A stretch of 64,000 nt of DNA from Octopus vulgaris. Lineage: Eukaryota. Positions within the stretch are counted from its first letter, which is position 1. Each line of letters opens with the position of its first letter. Below are positions 33,240 to 45,633 of this stretch, piece by piece. Made by a program: the position numbers and the translations under genes. The stretch is taken from the NCBI GenBank assembly GCA_951406725.2, contig OX597839.1:20026001-20090000 (forward strand), in the 5' to 3' direction. Below the pieces are notes generated by a model that was given only the letters and a program-made list of their open reading frames with translations, had not been told where the DNA came from and did no database searches.

Positions 33240-33800
33240 AGAAAGATGATGATGATGGATCATGATAATGATGATGATAGGAAAAGATGAAAATAAGAAG
33301 GAGGAGGGGAAAGATGAAGAAGAAGAAGAAGATTATGATGATGATGATCATGATAATGATAGGAAAGGATGAAGAATAAGAAGGGGGAGGGGAAAGATGA
33401 AGAAGAAGAAGAAGAAGAAGAAGAAGAAGAAGAAGAAGAAAAAGAAGAAGAAGATTATGATGATGATGATCATGATAATGATGATCATGATAATGATAGG
33501 AAAGGATGAAGAATAAGAAGGGGGAGGGGAAAGATGAAGAAGACGAAGAAGAAAAAGATGATGATGATGATGATGATAGGAAAGGATGAAGAATAAAAGG
33601 AATGAGGAGGAGGGGAAAGAAGAAGATGATGATGAGGAGGATGACGATGATGATGATGATGATGATGGTGTTAATGATGATGATGATGATGAAGATGATA
33701 GAAACGGATGAAGAATAAAAAGGAGGAAGAGAAGAAGAAGAAGAAGAAAAAGGAAGAAGAAGAAGAAGAAGAAAAAGGAGAAGAAGAAGAAGAAGAAGAA

Positions 33801-33834
<34 letters not shown>

Positions 33835-34360
33835 TTGATGATGATGATGAACAACATCAACAACAGCAACAAGTACAAAAAGCAACATCGTCGACAACAC
33901 TATCAGCAAGCAACAACAGCGACTCTGACAACGGCAACAGGAACAGAAACAAGAAGAAAGACGACAACAGCAGCGCCACCACCACCACCACCAGCAGAAA
34001 CAAAACAACAACAACAACAACAACCACAGCGACGACCAGAACAGCGATAACAATGACAACAGCGATGACAACACCAACAGTGTGAACATCACGCCTCAGA
34101 TTCGATCTTTCTATTTATTAAATCACCGTTTTAAAAGAGATATCTCAAGAATATCGACTTTTGGGGATAATCTGAACAAAAACCCAGTCTGCAGATTTGT
34201 CTGTGATGATTTCTTCCATATCCTATCGATTGCGAATATCGATCTCTATGTATCATAATGTATTTTAGAAATTGTGTATTTTTGATAGATTTCACGGCGC
34301 GGCATAAAATTGAAGTGGCGCAGAGAGAGAGACAGAGACAGAGAGAGAGACAGAGAGACA

Positions 34361-34392
<32 letters not shown>

Positions 34393-34527
34393 CAGAGAGA
34401 GAGAGACAGAGACAGAGAGAGAGAGACAGAGACAGAGAGAGAGAGACAGAGACAGAGAGTGTGTGTGTGTGTGTGCGTGTGTGTGTACGTGTGTGTGTGT
34501 GCGTGTGCGTGTGTGTGTACGTGTGTG

Positions 34528-34569
<42 letters not shown>

Positions 34570-34790
34570 TGTGTGTGTGTGCGTGTGTGTGTGCGTGTGT
34601 GTGTACGTGTGTGTGTGTGTGTGCATGTGTGTGTACGTGTGTGTGTGTGCATGTGTGTGTGTACGTGTGTGTGTACGTGTGTGTGTGTGTGTGTGTGTAC
34701 GTGTGTGTGTGTGCGCGTGTGTGTGTGTACGTGTGTGTGTGTGTGTGTGTGCGTGCGCGTGTGTGTGTGTGTACAGGTATCGTAATATCT
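33240..34790. repeat. GAA/GAT/CAA, (GA)n and (GT)n compound repeats
   Basis: Directly visible. Confidence 0.9.
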
Positions 34791-35492
34791 GTTCGCCTAG
34801 ATATATAACAAATTGTGTAGATCGATACGACAAGGAAGCCGCTATGCGGTCAATTGTTTTTACTAGAAATAGTAGCTTAATCTCAGTAAAAAGAAAAAAA
34901 AAAGATGGCCGCTACTGTATTAAAAAAAAAATATATGGATGACGATATTTCATAATGTAGGGTGGTATCTATGTAGCTGCTATATATACTAGAAATAGCA
35001 GCGAAATCTCTGAATAACTTACAGTATCTCATCTTTACAAAAATGGGCATTTCGTTATGTATTCCTAGATGTATACCAAACTCTGTAGAATCAACACAAG
35101 GAAGCTGCTATGCGGTCAATTGTTTTTACTAGAAATAGAAGTTTAATCTCAGTAAAAAGAAGAAAAAAAATGGACGCTACTCTATTTTAAAAAATATATG
35201 AATGACGATATTTGATAATCTAGGGTGGCATCTATGTAGCTGCTATATATACTAGACATAGCAGCGAAATATCTGCATAATTTACAGTATCTTATCTCTA
35301 CTAAAATGGACGACATTTCATTATGTAGTCACAGGTGTATACCAAACTATGTAGAATCGATACAAGCCGCTATGCGGTCTATTGTTTTACTAGAAATAGT
35401 AGTTTAATCTCAGTAAAAAGGGAAAAAAATGGACGCTACTGTATTCTAAAAAAGATATGAATGACGATATTTGATAATGTAAGGTGGCATCT

Positions 35493-35750
35493 GTGGAGGT
35501 TTGTGGCTTAGTGGTTAGGGTGTCAGCATCATCATCGTAAGACTGTGGTTTCGATTCCTGGACCGGGCGACGCGTTGTGCTCTTGAGCAAAACACTTCAT
35601 TTCACGTTGCTCCAGTCCACTCAGCTGGCAAAAATGAGTAACGCTGCGATGGACTGGCGTCCTGTCCAGCTGGGGAACACATTCGCCATAGAAACCGGGA
35701 TGCCGGGCCCATGAGCCTGACTAGGCTTTAAAAGGGCGCATTTATTTTAT
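35493..35750 (+). mobile_element. SINE family D with 13-bp TSD
   Basis: TAAGGTGGCATCT at 35480 and 35751. Confidence 0.9.
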
Positions 35751-36242
35751 TAAGGTGGCATCTATGTAGCTGCTATATATACTAGAAAGAGCAGCGAAAT
35801 CTCTACAAAAATGGACGACATTTCATTATGTAGTCACAGGTGTATACCAAACTATGTAGAATAGATACAATGCGGTCTATTGTTTTACTAGAAATAGTAG
35901 CTTGATCGCAACGAAATGTTAAAAAAATGGACGCTACTGGCTTTTAAAAAATATATGGATGATATCCGATAATATAAGGTGGCATCTATGTAGCTACTTG
36001 ATATACTAGAAATAGAAGCGAAATCTCTGCTTAATTTACAGTGTCTCATCTCTAAAAAGATGGACGACATTCCATGATGTAGTTCTAGATAGACTAATCG
36101 TGATAAGAAGAAAATATGTACAAAACTAAGTAGACTGGATGCAAGGAAGCCATCATGCGGTCTATTGCTTTACTAGAAATAGTAGCTTAATCTCAGTAAA
36201 AGGAGAAACAGAATAGACGATACTGTCTTTTAAAGAATATAT

Positions 36243-36472
36243 ATTTCTTTACTACCCACAAGGGGCTAAACATAGAGGGGACAAACAAGGACAGACAAAC
36301 TGATTAAGTCGATTACATCGACCCCAGTGAGAAACTGGTACTTTATTTATCGACCCCGAAAGGATGAAAGACAAAGTCAACCTCGGCGGAATTCGAACTC
36401 AGAACGTAACGACAGACGAAATACCGCTAAGCATTTCGCCCGGCGTGCTAACGTTTCTGCCAGCTCGCCGCC
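36243..36472 (-). mobile_element. SINE family B, full-length monomer with 13-bp TSD
   Basis: TTAAAGAATATAT at 36230 and 36473. Confidence 0.9.
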
Positions 36473-36950
36473 TTAAAGAATATATGGATGATGTTCGATA
36501 ATACAAGGAGGCATCTATGTGGCTACTTGCTTATACTAGAAATAGCAGCGAAACCTTTGCATAATTTATAGCATCTTTTTCCTTGACAAAAATGGATGAT
36601 ATTTCATCAATAAACGTGATAAAAGGAAAACAAAGAAAATTACTAATGTTACTCGATTATTGCTGCTGCTGTTGATGATGATGATGATGATCAACATCAT
36701 CATCATCATCGTCGTCGTCGTCGTCATTATCGTGAGGATGACAATGCCAGCCTCAAGTCAACATTGAAAGGTAATCTACTCGATCAAAATTGACCGATGG
36801 CTAAAGACATAATGAACCACACTACTACTACTACTACTACTACTACTACCATCACCACCATCACCACCACCACTACCCCTGCCACCACACCACTACTACT
36901 ACTACTACTAGAGACACTGCAAAATGATAGAAAGAAGACATGACGGACAG

Positions 36951-37054
<104 letters not shown>

Positions 37055-37056
37055 AC

Positions 37057-37119
<63 letters not shown>

Positions 37120-37504
37120 CAGATATACGGGATGGTCCTTGCTGGAACAAAATAACTAATACTACATGATCCTCCGTCGGTATAGACGATGTCTAGTCAG
37201 TCGTTCGGTCCATTAAAAACTACCTACGCATTGAATTCGTACGTCATCTTCAGACATGAATGTCTCGCAGGTTAACTGTGAAATATACTCAGCCTGACAT
37301 CGTGTCTCATCCTGACAAGTTGACTGACCAGCCTCAAGTCAACATTGAACGGTAATCTACTCCATCAAAATTGACCGATGGCTAAAAAAACACAAACCAC
37401 TACTATTGCTACTACTACAACGACGACAGCATAATATGACAAGTTGACTAAATTTTGCGCAGTTTCAATCCGCTCTGTTTTGCTCACAATCATGTTAAAT
37501 ATTA

Positions 37505-37927
37505 CGGAGATGTACTTGCATAGTAAGTGACATGATCTGAGATCTTGTGCTGAAACAAAAACAATTGCAGCGTGGAAGGTGTCTATAAGCCATTTAAAAA
37601 CAAAAAAAAACCCAGTTAGATTCACTTCAACATTTAAACTTAATTTGTCAAAATATTTTCGTCGCTTTGATACCGCGACCTATTCCCTTTTTGTCAGTGA
37701 ACAGGTTGCTGTTTCAAAGCGACGAAAGTACTGCACGAAATTTTGTCAGTGAAGAGGTCGCGGTTTCAAAGCGACGAAAATATTGGACGGAATTTTGTCA
37801 ATGAACAAGTCGCCGTCTCAAAGCGACGAAAATATTTTGACAACTTAAATTTAAATGTTGAAGTGAATCTAACGGATTTTGTGTATTTTTAAATGGCTTA
37901 TAAACCACCTTCCACGCTGCAAATGTT
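37505..37927. mobile_element. PLE-like inverted duplication with three tandem 52-bp HHR-like units (37690, 37742, 37794)
   Basis: Arms ~37560-37687 and ~37800-37927; units tttgtca-(G/A)TGAA(C/G)A-g-gtcgc..gcgac-GAAA-(atat/gtac)-T; same family as 39148-39347. Confidence 0.65.
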
Positions 37928-38192
37928 CATGTTGAATAACTTTATGTTAAATAACCAAATGAAGGAAAATTGCGCCTCTCTTTAGTAGCTGCACATGCTG
38001 GAAATGGCAGGTGTATCTCATCCTTATCCATTTAATTTTAAATGCTGTGCAGTACGTTCAGTTCCATAGCAAGGCATTAGTGTATTTTACTTAGCAATGA
38101 TGATGATGATGATAATGATGGTGATGATGATGATGATGAGGAGGAGGAGGAGGAGGAGGAGGAACAGACGTTATTTCAACGAGATACGTCTT

Positions 38193-38298
38193 GTCAACTG
38201 AGGAGACACATGTACGCCGACGGATACACCTAAACCAAATGTTCGGTATCTCGCTTGTGGGACATTGATGCTAAAAGGGTCGAAACAATTGTAGTGAC
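38193..38298 (+). ncRNA. Minimal hammerhead ribozyme with ~70-nt stem II insertion
   Basis: gtcaa-CTGAGGA-gac[...]gtc-GAAA-c(aatt)g-TA-gtgac; the element ends at (TA)n ~38407. Confidence 0.65.
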
Positions 38299-38404
38299 CA
38301 ACAAACATTCTCGTATCCCCCATCTTCCGTCTGTTTCATAAATCCAACAAACACTAAGAAAGCGAACGCTAAGCGACCAGGTCCATAACATACGATTTAT
38401 TAAA

Positions 38405-38455
<51 letters not shown>

Positions 38456-38657
38456 TATATTATATTATATTATATTAAGGGAATTACTACACGTAAATGC
38501 CTCACGCTATGAGGGACCCTTAAAGTAAAAACTACCATAATAAATATAGTGTGCCTAGAGCGAAGGAATGCAAGTTGGAAGTCAAGATGGTGGTGCAGCA
38601 TGGCCGCAGCCATATGACTGAAACTAGCAAAATAATAAGAGTTTGTGTGTATGTATA

Positions 38658-38900
38658 TCAGATGTTGTTACACATCGCTGGTCACAATGCGCTTCGCATT
38701 GTTTTAGCCTTCAAATGACGCCACCCCGCTGGCTAAGCGAGCAGGCCAACAGAAGAAAGAGTGGGAGAAAGTTGTGGCGAAAGAGTACAGCAGGGATCAC
38801 CACTGCCGGAGCCTCGTGGAGCTTTAGGTGTTTTCGCTCAATAAACACTCATCACAACGCCTGGTCTGGGAATCGAAACCGCGATCCTACGACCGTGAGT
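38658..38900 (-). mobile_element. SINE family C
   Basis: Matches 9842-10117. Confidence 0.8.
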
Positions 38901-38967
38901 GGGTATATATTTATAAAAAAGAATTTGAAAACGCCACTATATAAGACAAATTTTAATTTTCTCAGGA

Positions 38968-39015
38968 ATTTTACATGTTTCGGTTCTTCTTGAAAAAACG
39001 AATCTTATCAAAAAT
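38968..39015 (-). ncRNA. Variant minimal HHR (U3:A8 core)
   Basis: Minus strand: attt-TTGATAA-gattc[...]gaacc-GAAA-catg-TA-aaat. Confidence 0.5.
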
Positions 39016-39114
39016 ATTTTAAAGAGTTAAGTGTAATAAAAAAGTTCATAATTGTTTCTTACTGGTCTCAACAGAATCCACGTGGTGGTTTTTTGTGGGG
39101 AGTAAGCAAAATAG

Positions 39115-39150
<36 letters not shown>

Positions 39151-39158
39151 GCACGGAC

Positions 39159-39208
39159 TTTGTCAGTGAACAGGTCGCGGATTTTAGCGACGAAAATATT
39201 TTGACAAA
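39159..39208 (+). ncRNA. Variant minimal HHR (G3:C8 core) in (TA)n-flanked element 39148-39347
   Basis: tttgtca-GTGAACA-g-gtcgc(ggatttta)gcgac-GAAA-atat-TT-tgacaaa; 7-bp stem I. Confidence 0.6.
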
Positions 39209-39343
39209 TTAAACTTAAATGTTGAAGTGAATCGAACGGCTTTTGTGTATTTCTTAAATGGCTTATAAACACCTTCCACGCTGCAATTGTTTTCGTTTCA
39301 GCACACGATCTCAGATCAAATTACTTGCTATGCGAGTACATCT

Positions 39344-39388
<45 letters not shown>

Positions 39389-39472
39389 GGTCCCGGGCTG
39401 ATTCGGGGTTAACCACAGTAAATAAGGTACTCAATACATAGCAGAGTAAAATTAATTTATTATATAGAAGGA

Positions 39473-39521
39473 GCTTCTACAGGACTAGAACTGTTTCATT
39501 CAAGAGAAATCTTCAGGAAGC
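39473..39521 (-). ncRNA. Hammerhead ribozyme in (TA)n-flanked element 39386-39555
   Basis: Minus strand: gcttc-CTGAAGA-tttc(tctt)gaat-GAAA-cag(ttctagtc)ctg-TA-gaagc; the inverted + copy is truncated before GAAA. Confidence 0.8.
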
Positions 39522-39553
39522 ACTTCCTGAAGATTCCTGAAGATTTCTCTTGA

Positions 39554-39617
<64 letters not shown>

Positions 39618-40102
39618 AGTATGTATGTATGTATATATACACATATCTGTATGTATGTATGTATGTAATAATCAAATTATATATCGGTCTCTCCGTCTTT
39701 TGTTGTGATCCTCCGGTCCGTGATATAATTCTCTTGCATGAAACCGTGTTCCGCGGTGCAAAAATGGTCGGTGAGCGCTGCATTGCAAGACGCCTTGAAA
39801 GGCGATATCCCATGACTATTGATTATTAAAATAACCTGAACCAAACCTGGCTGGGAATCTGTCTGCGATTTGTTCCACATTCTAACACTGCTGAATATCG
39901 ATCCGTATGTACTTTGATATATGTATTTGGGATAATAGCTATCGATATATTTCAGATATGGGAAGTATCGAAGCGCAAGAATATTAACAGGTATTGTAAA
40001 ATCTGTTGGTCTACATCTGTTTCTTCCAAGTAATGCAGCCTCTAGTAAGTCACCAAGCCCGCTAGAAGTAGCAGCCAAATTTCAGTTAAAATTACACCCT
40101 GT

Positions 40103-40315
40103 TCTTTTACTCTTTTACTCTTTTACTTGTTTCAGTCATTTGACAGTGGCCATGCTGGAGCACGGCTTTTAGTCGAGCAAATCAACCCCAGGAATTATTC
40201 TTTGTAAGCCTAGTACTTATTCTATCGGTCTCTTTTGCCGAACCACTACGTTACGGGGACGTAAACACACCAGCATCAGTTGTCAAGCGATGTTGGAGGG
40301 ACAAACACAGACACA

Positions 40316-40392
<77 letters not shown>

Positions 40393-40500
40393 GACGGGCT
40401 TCTTTCAGTTTCCGTCTACCAAATCCACTCACAAGGCTTTGGTCGGCCCGAGGCTATAGTAGAAGACACTTGCCTAAGGTGCCACACAGTGGGACTGAAT
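40103..40500 (-). mobile_element. SINE family A
   Basis: Matches family consensus. Confidence 0.85.
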
Positions 40501-40836
40501 GCTGTCCATTATTATTATTATTATTATTTTTTGGGTAGTGAATGTCATGGATGTATTGTCTCCAACAAACCAGAAAAGAAAAGGAAGAACTTCACAAAAA
40601 AGGCCATGCTGGAATTTTATTAGATAAAAACGGCTGTCAACAACTGTTATGAGTACGTTTAACACAAACACATACACACACACACACAGGTACACGCACG
40701 TACATAGCTAGTTACATACGTACACATATACATTCATAAACACATATATAAACGCCTTTTGGTATACATATGTAAATACACACACACACAAACACATATA
40801 CGTGTGTATATACTTATGCATAGATACATACTAATA

Positions 40837-40917
40837 CAGTAATCCCGCGACTAACGCGAGTTTTATGTTCCAAAAACACCCGCGATAGGTGAACCGCAAT
40901 ATGGCGAGGGATTATTG
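40837..40917. mobile_element. pogo/Tigger-like MITE
   Basis: TA-CAGTAATCCCGCG...CGAGGGATTATTG-TA: imperfect TIRs with TA flanks. Confidence 0.65.
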
Positions 40918-41103
40918 TATGTGTATATCTCTCTTTCTACCTCTCTTTTTCTCATTATCTATCTATCTCTCTGCATCTATCTATCTATCCATCTATTATA
41001 TGTGTGTGGGGGGAGTGAGTGTGTATGTGTGTGCGTGTGTGTGTGTGCGTGTGTGTGCGTGCGTGTGTGTATACTTATATATAAATCATACATGTATATG
41101 TCT

Positions 41104-41169
<66 letters not shown>

Positions 41170-41172
<3 letters not shown>

Positions 41173-41407
41173 AGGCGCAATAGCCTAGTGGTTAGGGCAG
41201 CGGACTCGCGGTTTCAATTCCGGCAGGGAAGGAGCCACCCTTGTTGCCTTCTTTCGCCCCAACTTCCTCTCACTCTCTCTTCCTGCTTCTTGAGTAACGC
41301 TGCGATGGACTGGTGGCGTCCCGTCCAGCTGGCGGGGGTGGGCACATACGCCATAGAAACTGGGAAACCGGGCTCATGAGCCTGGCTAGGCTTGAAAAGG
41401 GCGCATA

Positions 41408-41410
<3 letters not shown>
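41170..41410 (+). mobile_element. Hybrid SINE (family C head, family D tail)
   Basis: GGAGGCGCAATAGCCTAGTGG head; GATGGACTGG...AAAAGGGCGCAT tail. Confidence 0.7.
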
Positions 41411-41446
<36 letters not shown>

Positions 41447-41528
41447 GGTCCCGGGTTGAGTCGGGGTTAACCACAGTAAATAAGGTACTCAATACATAGC
41501 AGAGTAAATTAATTTATTTTATAGAAGG

Positions 41529-41579
41529 AGCTTCTACAGGGCTAGAACTGTTTCATTCAAAAGAAATCATCAGGAAGCT
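41529..41579 (-). ncRNA. Hammerhead ribozyme (type I)
   Basis: Reverse complement of the 41576-41626 motif, one loop difference. Confidence 0.8.
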
Positions 41580-41626
41580 TCCTGATGATTTCTTTTGAAT
41601 GAAACAGTTCTAGTCCTGTAGAAGCT
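41576..41626 (+). ncRNA. Hammerhead ribozyme (type I)
   Basis: agcttc-CTGATGA-tttc(tttt)gaat-GAAA-cag(ttctagtc)ctg-TA-gaagct. Confidence 0.85.
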
Positions 41627-41757
41627 CCTTCTATAAAATAAATATATATATATATATATGTGGAGAATTTTATATCGCACGTTCATAGATATCTCTACAT
41701 ATTTATACGCATACGTCCGCATCTGTGCGGGCGCGCGTGTAGTGCAGCCTATGTGTG

Positions 41758-41809
<52 letters not shown>

Positions 41810-42385
41810 AACGTGGTTGCGTATGTATTTGTAAATGAACTGAAGGGCATAATATTCAAGGCACATGCGTGTGTACATACGTGTTTGTGAGTGTTTGTGT
41901 CTAAGTGTGCGCGTGCATGCTTGTGTGTGTGTGTGTGTGTGTGTGTTGATACAACCCCTCTTTAGTAACTCTAATCCTACCGGAAATACCTACTTGTGAT
42001 TCCGGATAACAATTTGCTCTTAGTGTCCAATACGACCAAAGCGTCCGTTCATGCGTCAACAGAAACCGAAATTCGACTGTTTTCGCTCGTTGACCCTTGC
42101 CAACGAATATTTCCCAAACCCTTCATTGATTCAGCTCATATTTCTGCTCCTTCAAAACACATTCATTATAAACAAAACCAATTAAGAATTTTTTTTTCAA
42201 AAACTGTCCATATCCATAACTGTCATCAATTTACCTTTTTCTGAAGAAAAAAAAAAAGAGGTGGAGTTGGAGTGAAGAGGACAGAGATTCTACCCGGTCG
42301 TTCCACTTGCAAGATATACCGATCAAGTACCCCTTTAAATCACATCCGGCCATTCTTATTAGAAGAGAGCACAATGTGGGATTAT

Positions 42386-42799
42386 ATATTTCTGTGTTAC
42401 CCACAAGGGGTTAAACATAGAGGGGACAAACAAGGACAGACAAAGGGATTAAGTCGATTACATCGACCCCAGTGCGTAACTGGTGCTTAATTTATCGACC
42501 CCGAAAGGATGGAAGGCAAAGTCGACTTCGGCGTAATTTGAACTCAGAACGTAGCGGCAGACGAAATACCTTTTCTTTACTACCCACAAGGGGCTAAACA
42601 CAGAGAGGTTAAACAAGGACAGACGAACGGACTAAGTTGATTATATCGACCCCAGTGCGTAACTGGTACTTATTTAATCGACCCCGAAAGGATGATAGGC
42701 AAAATCGACCTCGGCTGAATTTGAACTCAGAACGCAGCGGCGGACGAAAGACAACAAAGCATTTCGCCCGGTGGGCTAACGTTTCTGCCAGCTCGCCGC
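42386..42799 (-). mobile_element. SINE family B dimer inside one 16-bp TSD
   Basis: CACAATGTGGGATTAT at 42370 and 42800. Confidence 0.9.
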
Positions 42800-42819
42800 C
42801 ACAATGTGGGATTATGTGT

Positions 42820-43480
42820 ACGCATGGCTCAGTGGTTAGAGGGTAACAACTAAAAAATAACATGTATATAAGGATATGTAATCATGAGGTAGTAAGTTCT
42901 ATTCCCGGACCAGACTGTGTGTTGTGTTCTTGAGCAAGACACTTTATTTTCACGTTGTTGCAGTTCAGGTATCTGTAGAAATGAGTTGTGACATCACTGG
43001 TGCCAAACTCCATCAGTCTTTGCCTTTCTCTTGGATAACACTGGTGGCGTGGAGAGAGAAGGCTGGTATGCACGGGCAACTGCTGGTCTTCCATAAACAA
43101 CACTGCCTGGACTTGTGCCTCGGAGAGGAACTTTCTAGGTGCAATCTCATGGTCATTCTTGACGGAAAGAGGGTCTATTTGTCAAGATACACGGCTCAGT
43201 GACTAGAGCGTCGGGTTCACGATCACGGGATAGAGAGTTCGATTCCCAGACCGAGCTGCGTTGTGTTCTTGAGCAAGAAATAAGTTCTCAGCTGCAGAAA
43301 AAAGTTGTGACGTCACTGTATCGGCATTTAGCTTCCCCTTGGATAACATGGAGAAGGAACGCTGGCGTGCATGGGTTACTGCTGGTCTTCCACAAACAAC
43401 CTTACCCAGACATGTTACTCGGAGGGAAAATTTCTAGGTGCAATTCCATGATCATTCATGACCAAAGAAGGTCTTTACGC
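42820..43480 (+). mobile_element. Two adjacent SINEs (family D-like head, alternative tail ...GGTGCAAT.CCATG.TCATTC.TGAC)
   Basis: GGCTCAGTG heads at ~42826 and ~43193; tail shared with 56048-56310. Confidence 0.7.
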
Positions 43481-43583
43481 CTTGTCAACAGACATACAGA
43501 TAAAAAGCGATATATGGTCATGGGTGGATTGGCTTTGATTATTGCTGGGTTCAATCAGCGCAGAAATAGGGTTCACAAACAAC

Positions 43584-43638
<55 letters not shown>

Positions 43639-43679
43639 ACCGAAGAGACTTTTGCTAGCTGATAGTGTTTTAAATGCAA

Positions 43680-43725
43680 AGCCTTGTGAGTGGATTTGAT
43701 AGACGGAAACTGAAAGAAGCCCGTC

Positions 43726-43785
<60 letters not shown>

Positions 43786-44218
43786 GTTTGTGTGCCTGTG
43801 TCTCCCCCAACATCGCTTGACAACCGATGCTGGCGTGTTTACGCCCCCGTAACTTAGCGGTTAGGCAAAAGATACCGATAGAATAAGTACTAGGCTTACA
43901 AAGAATAAGTCCGGGGGCGGTGCTCCAACATGGCCGCAGTCAAATGACTGAAACAAGTAAAAGAGGAAAAGAGTATGATCATACACAGTTTTACTGTATA
44001 TGCTCTCTTTACTCTCTTTTACTTGTTTCAGTCATTTGACTGCGGCCATGCTGGAGCACCGCCTTTAGTCGAGCAAATCGACCCCAGGACTTATTCTTTG
44101 TAAGCCCAGTACTTATTCTATCGGTCTCTTTTGCCGATCCGCTAAGTGACGGGGACGTAAACACACCAGCATCGGTTGTCAAGCAATGCTAGGGGGACAA
44201 ACACAAACACACAAACAT

Positions 44219-44251
<33 letters not shown>

Positions 44252-44373
44252 CATATATATGACGGGCTTCTTTCAGTTTCCGTCTACCAAATCCACTCAC
44301 AAGGCTTTGGTTGGCCTGAGGCTATAGTAGAAGACACTTGCCCAAGATGCCACGCTGTGGGACTGAACCCGGA
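43680..44373. mobile_element. Two family A SINEs tail-to-tail (+43680-43973, -44003-44373)
   Basis: Family consensus on opposite strands. Confidence 0.8.
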
Positions 44374-44883
44374 GATTCAATAAAAAAATAATTTGGCGTA
44401 TAATAAAATTAACTTTACGACCTCATCGTAAAATATGATGTTACTTTCGTAGGGGGTGAGAAAATTAATCAAACACTTTTTCGGGGCGGTACGAGGCACA
44501 GAAATTGTTGGGAACAGTTAGTACCCTAAATAGAAGGCGGAAAATGGTAATATAGACCTCTAAACAGCTGGACTGTTGATAGATAGAATGATATTTTTTA
44601 AAGGAAACCGCACGTAAATAGACGTGGTAGATACTCCTGATGAAAAGGATCAATCGTGAAGCTGTACGTCACTCAATACTCACCGTATGTATGTGGGAGT
44701 GTGAGTAAAGTGTATGAGTGTTTGTGTTCAAGTGTGAGTGTGTGTGTGTGTTTAATTGTGTAAGTGTGTGTGAGAGAAGGCGAGGTTTTGTGAGCGTGTG
44801 GTTGTGAGAGAATATGCCTGTGTGAGTGCGTGTGTGTGTGTGTGTGTGAATGTGAGGTTGTATAAGTGAAGGTGATTGTGTGA

Positions 44884-44934
<51 letters not shown>

Positions 44935-45633
44935 AATGTGAAGTTATGTGCTAGTGTGTATGTGTGAGTGAGTGTGAATGTAAGTTTCTGTGTGTGTGTG
45001 TTTGGGGGGAGCGTGTGTAAAAGTGTGCTTGTGTTTGTGTTTGCTTGTGTGTAAGTGTGTGTCTGTGTTCATGTGTATGTGTGAGGAGTGTGTCTGCGTG
45101 TGTATGTGTGTGTGTATTTGTGTGCTTGTGTGTTTATGTGTTTGTGTTTGTTTGTATGTGTGGTTGTGTGTATATTTGTGTGTTTATCGGTGTGTGTGTG
45201 TGTCTGCGTGTTTGTGAGTGTGTATGTATGCATGTATTTACTTATGTATGTGTGCGTGCGTGTGTGTGTGTGTATGTATGCGTGTGTTTACTTATGTGTG
45301 TGTGTGCGTGTGTGTGTGCGTGTGCGCGTGCGTGCATGCGTGTGTGTGTGTGCGTGTGTGTGTGCGTGTGCGTGTGCGTGTGAATGCGTGTTGTATGGCT
45401 GAATGTCGATAGTATTTCGAGATGGCATTTTGATGGAACAACCATCAGCTCGGCAGGGAAGCAAAATATGTCTAAGGCAAGAACGGTGATGTTTTCGTTG
45501 ACGGACAAGCAGTGTCTGTCATCAGCCTGTGGGTAAACTATCCGTTATATACATCCATATATACACAAATATATACATTCACACACACACACACACACAC
45601 ACACAGACGCACAAACAAACATGCACACATATA

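Larger units (their letters stand above)
34800..36620. repeat. ~265-bp tandem repeat (about 5 units) with two CTAGAAATAG subrepeats per unit, interrupted by two SINEs
   Basis: TGCGGTC(A/T)ATTG recurs at ~34845, 35111, 35373, 35871 and 36156. Confidence 0.85.
41444..41643. mobile_element. PLE-like element in (TA)n with a spacerless palindrome (41512-41643)
   Basis: Centre AAGCTT; same family as 39386 and 59389. Confidence 0.75.

Noticed and set aside
33109-34092. 327-aa ORF
   Set aside because: Compound trinucleotide repeat.
39677-40078. 133-aa minus-strand ORF as a CDS
   Set aside because: No recognisable homology and a non-ATG start; kept only as a low-confidence exon candidate region.
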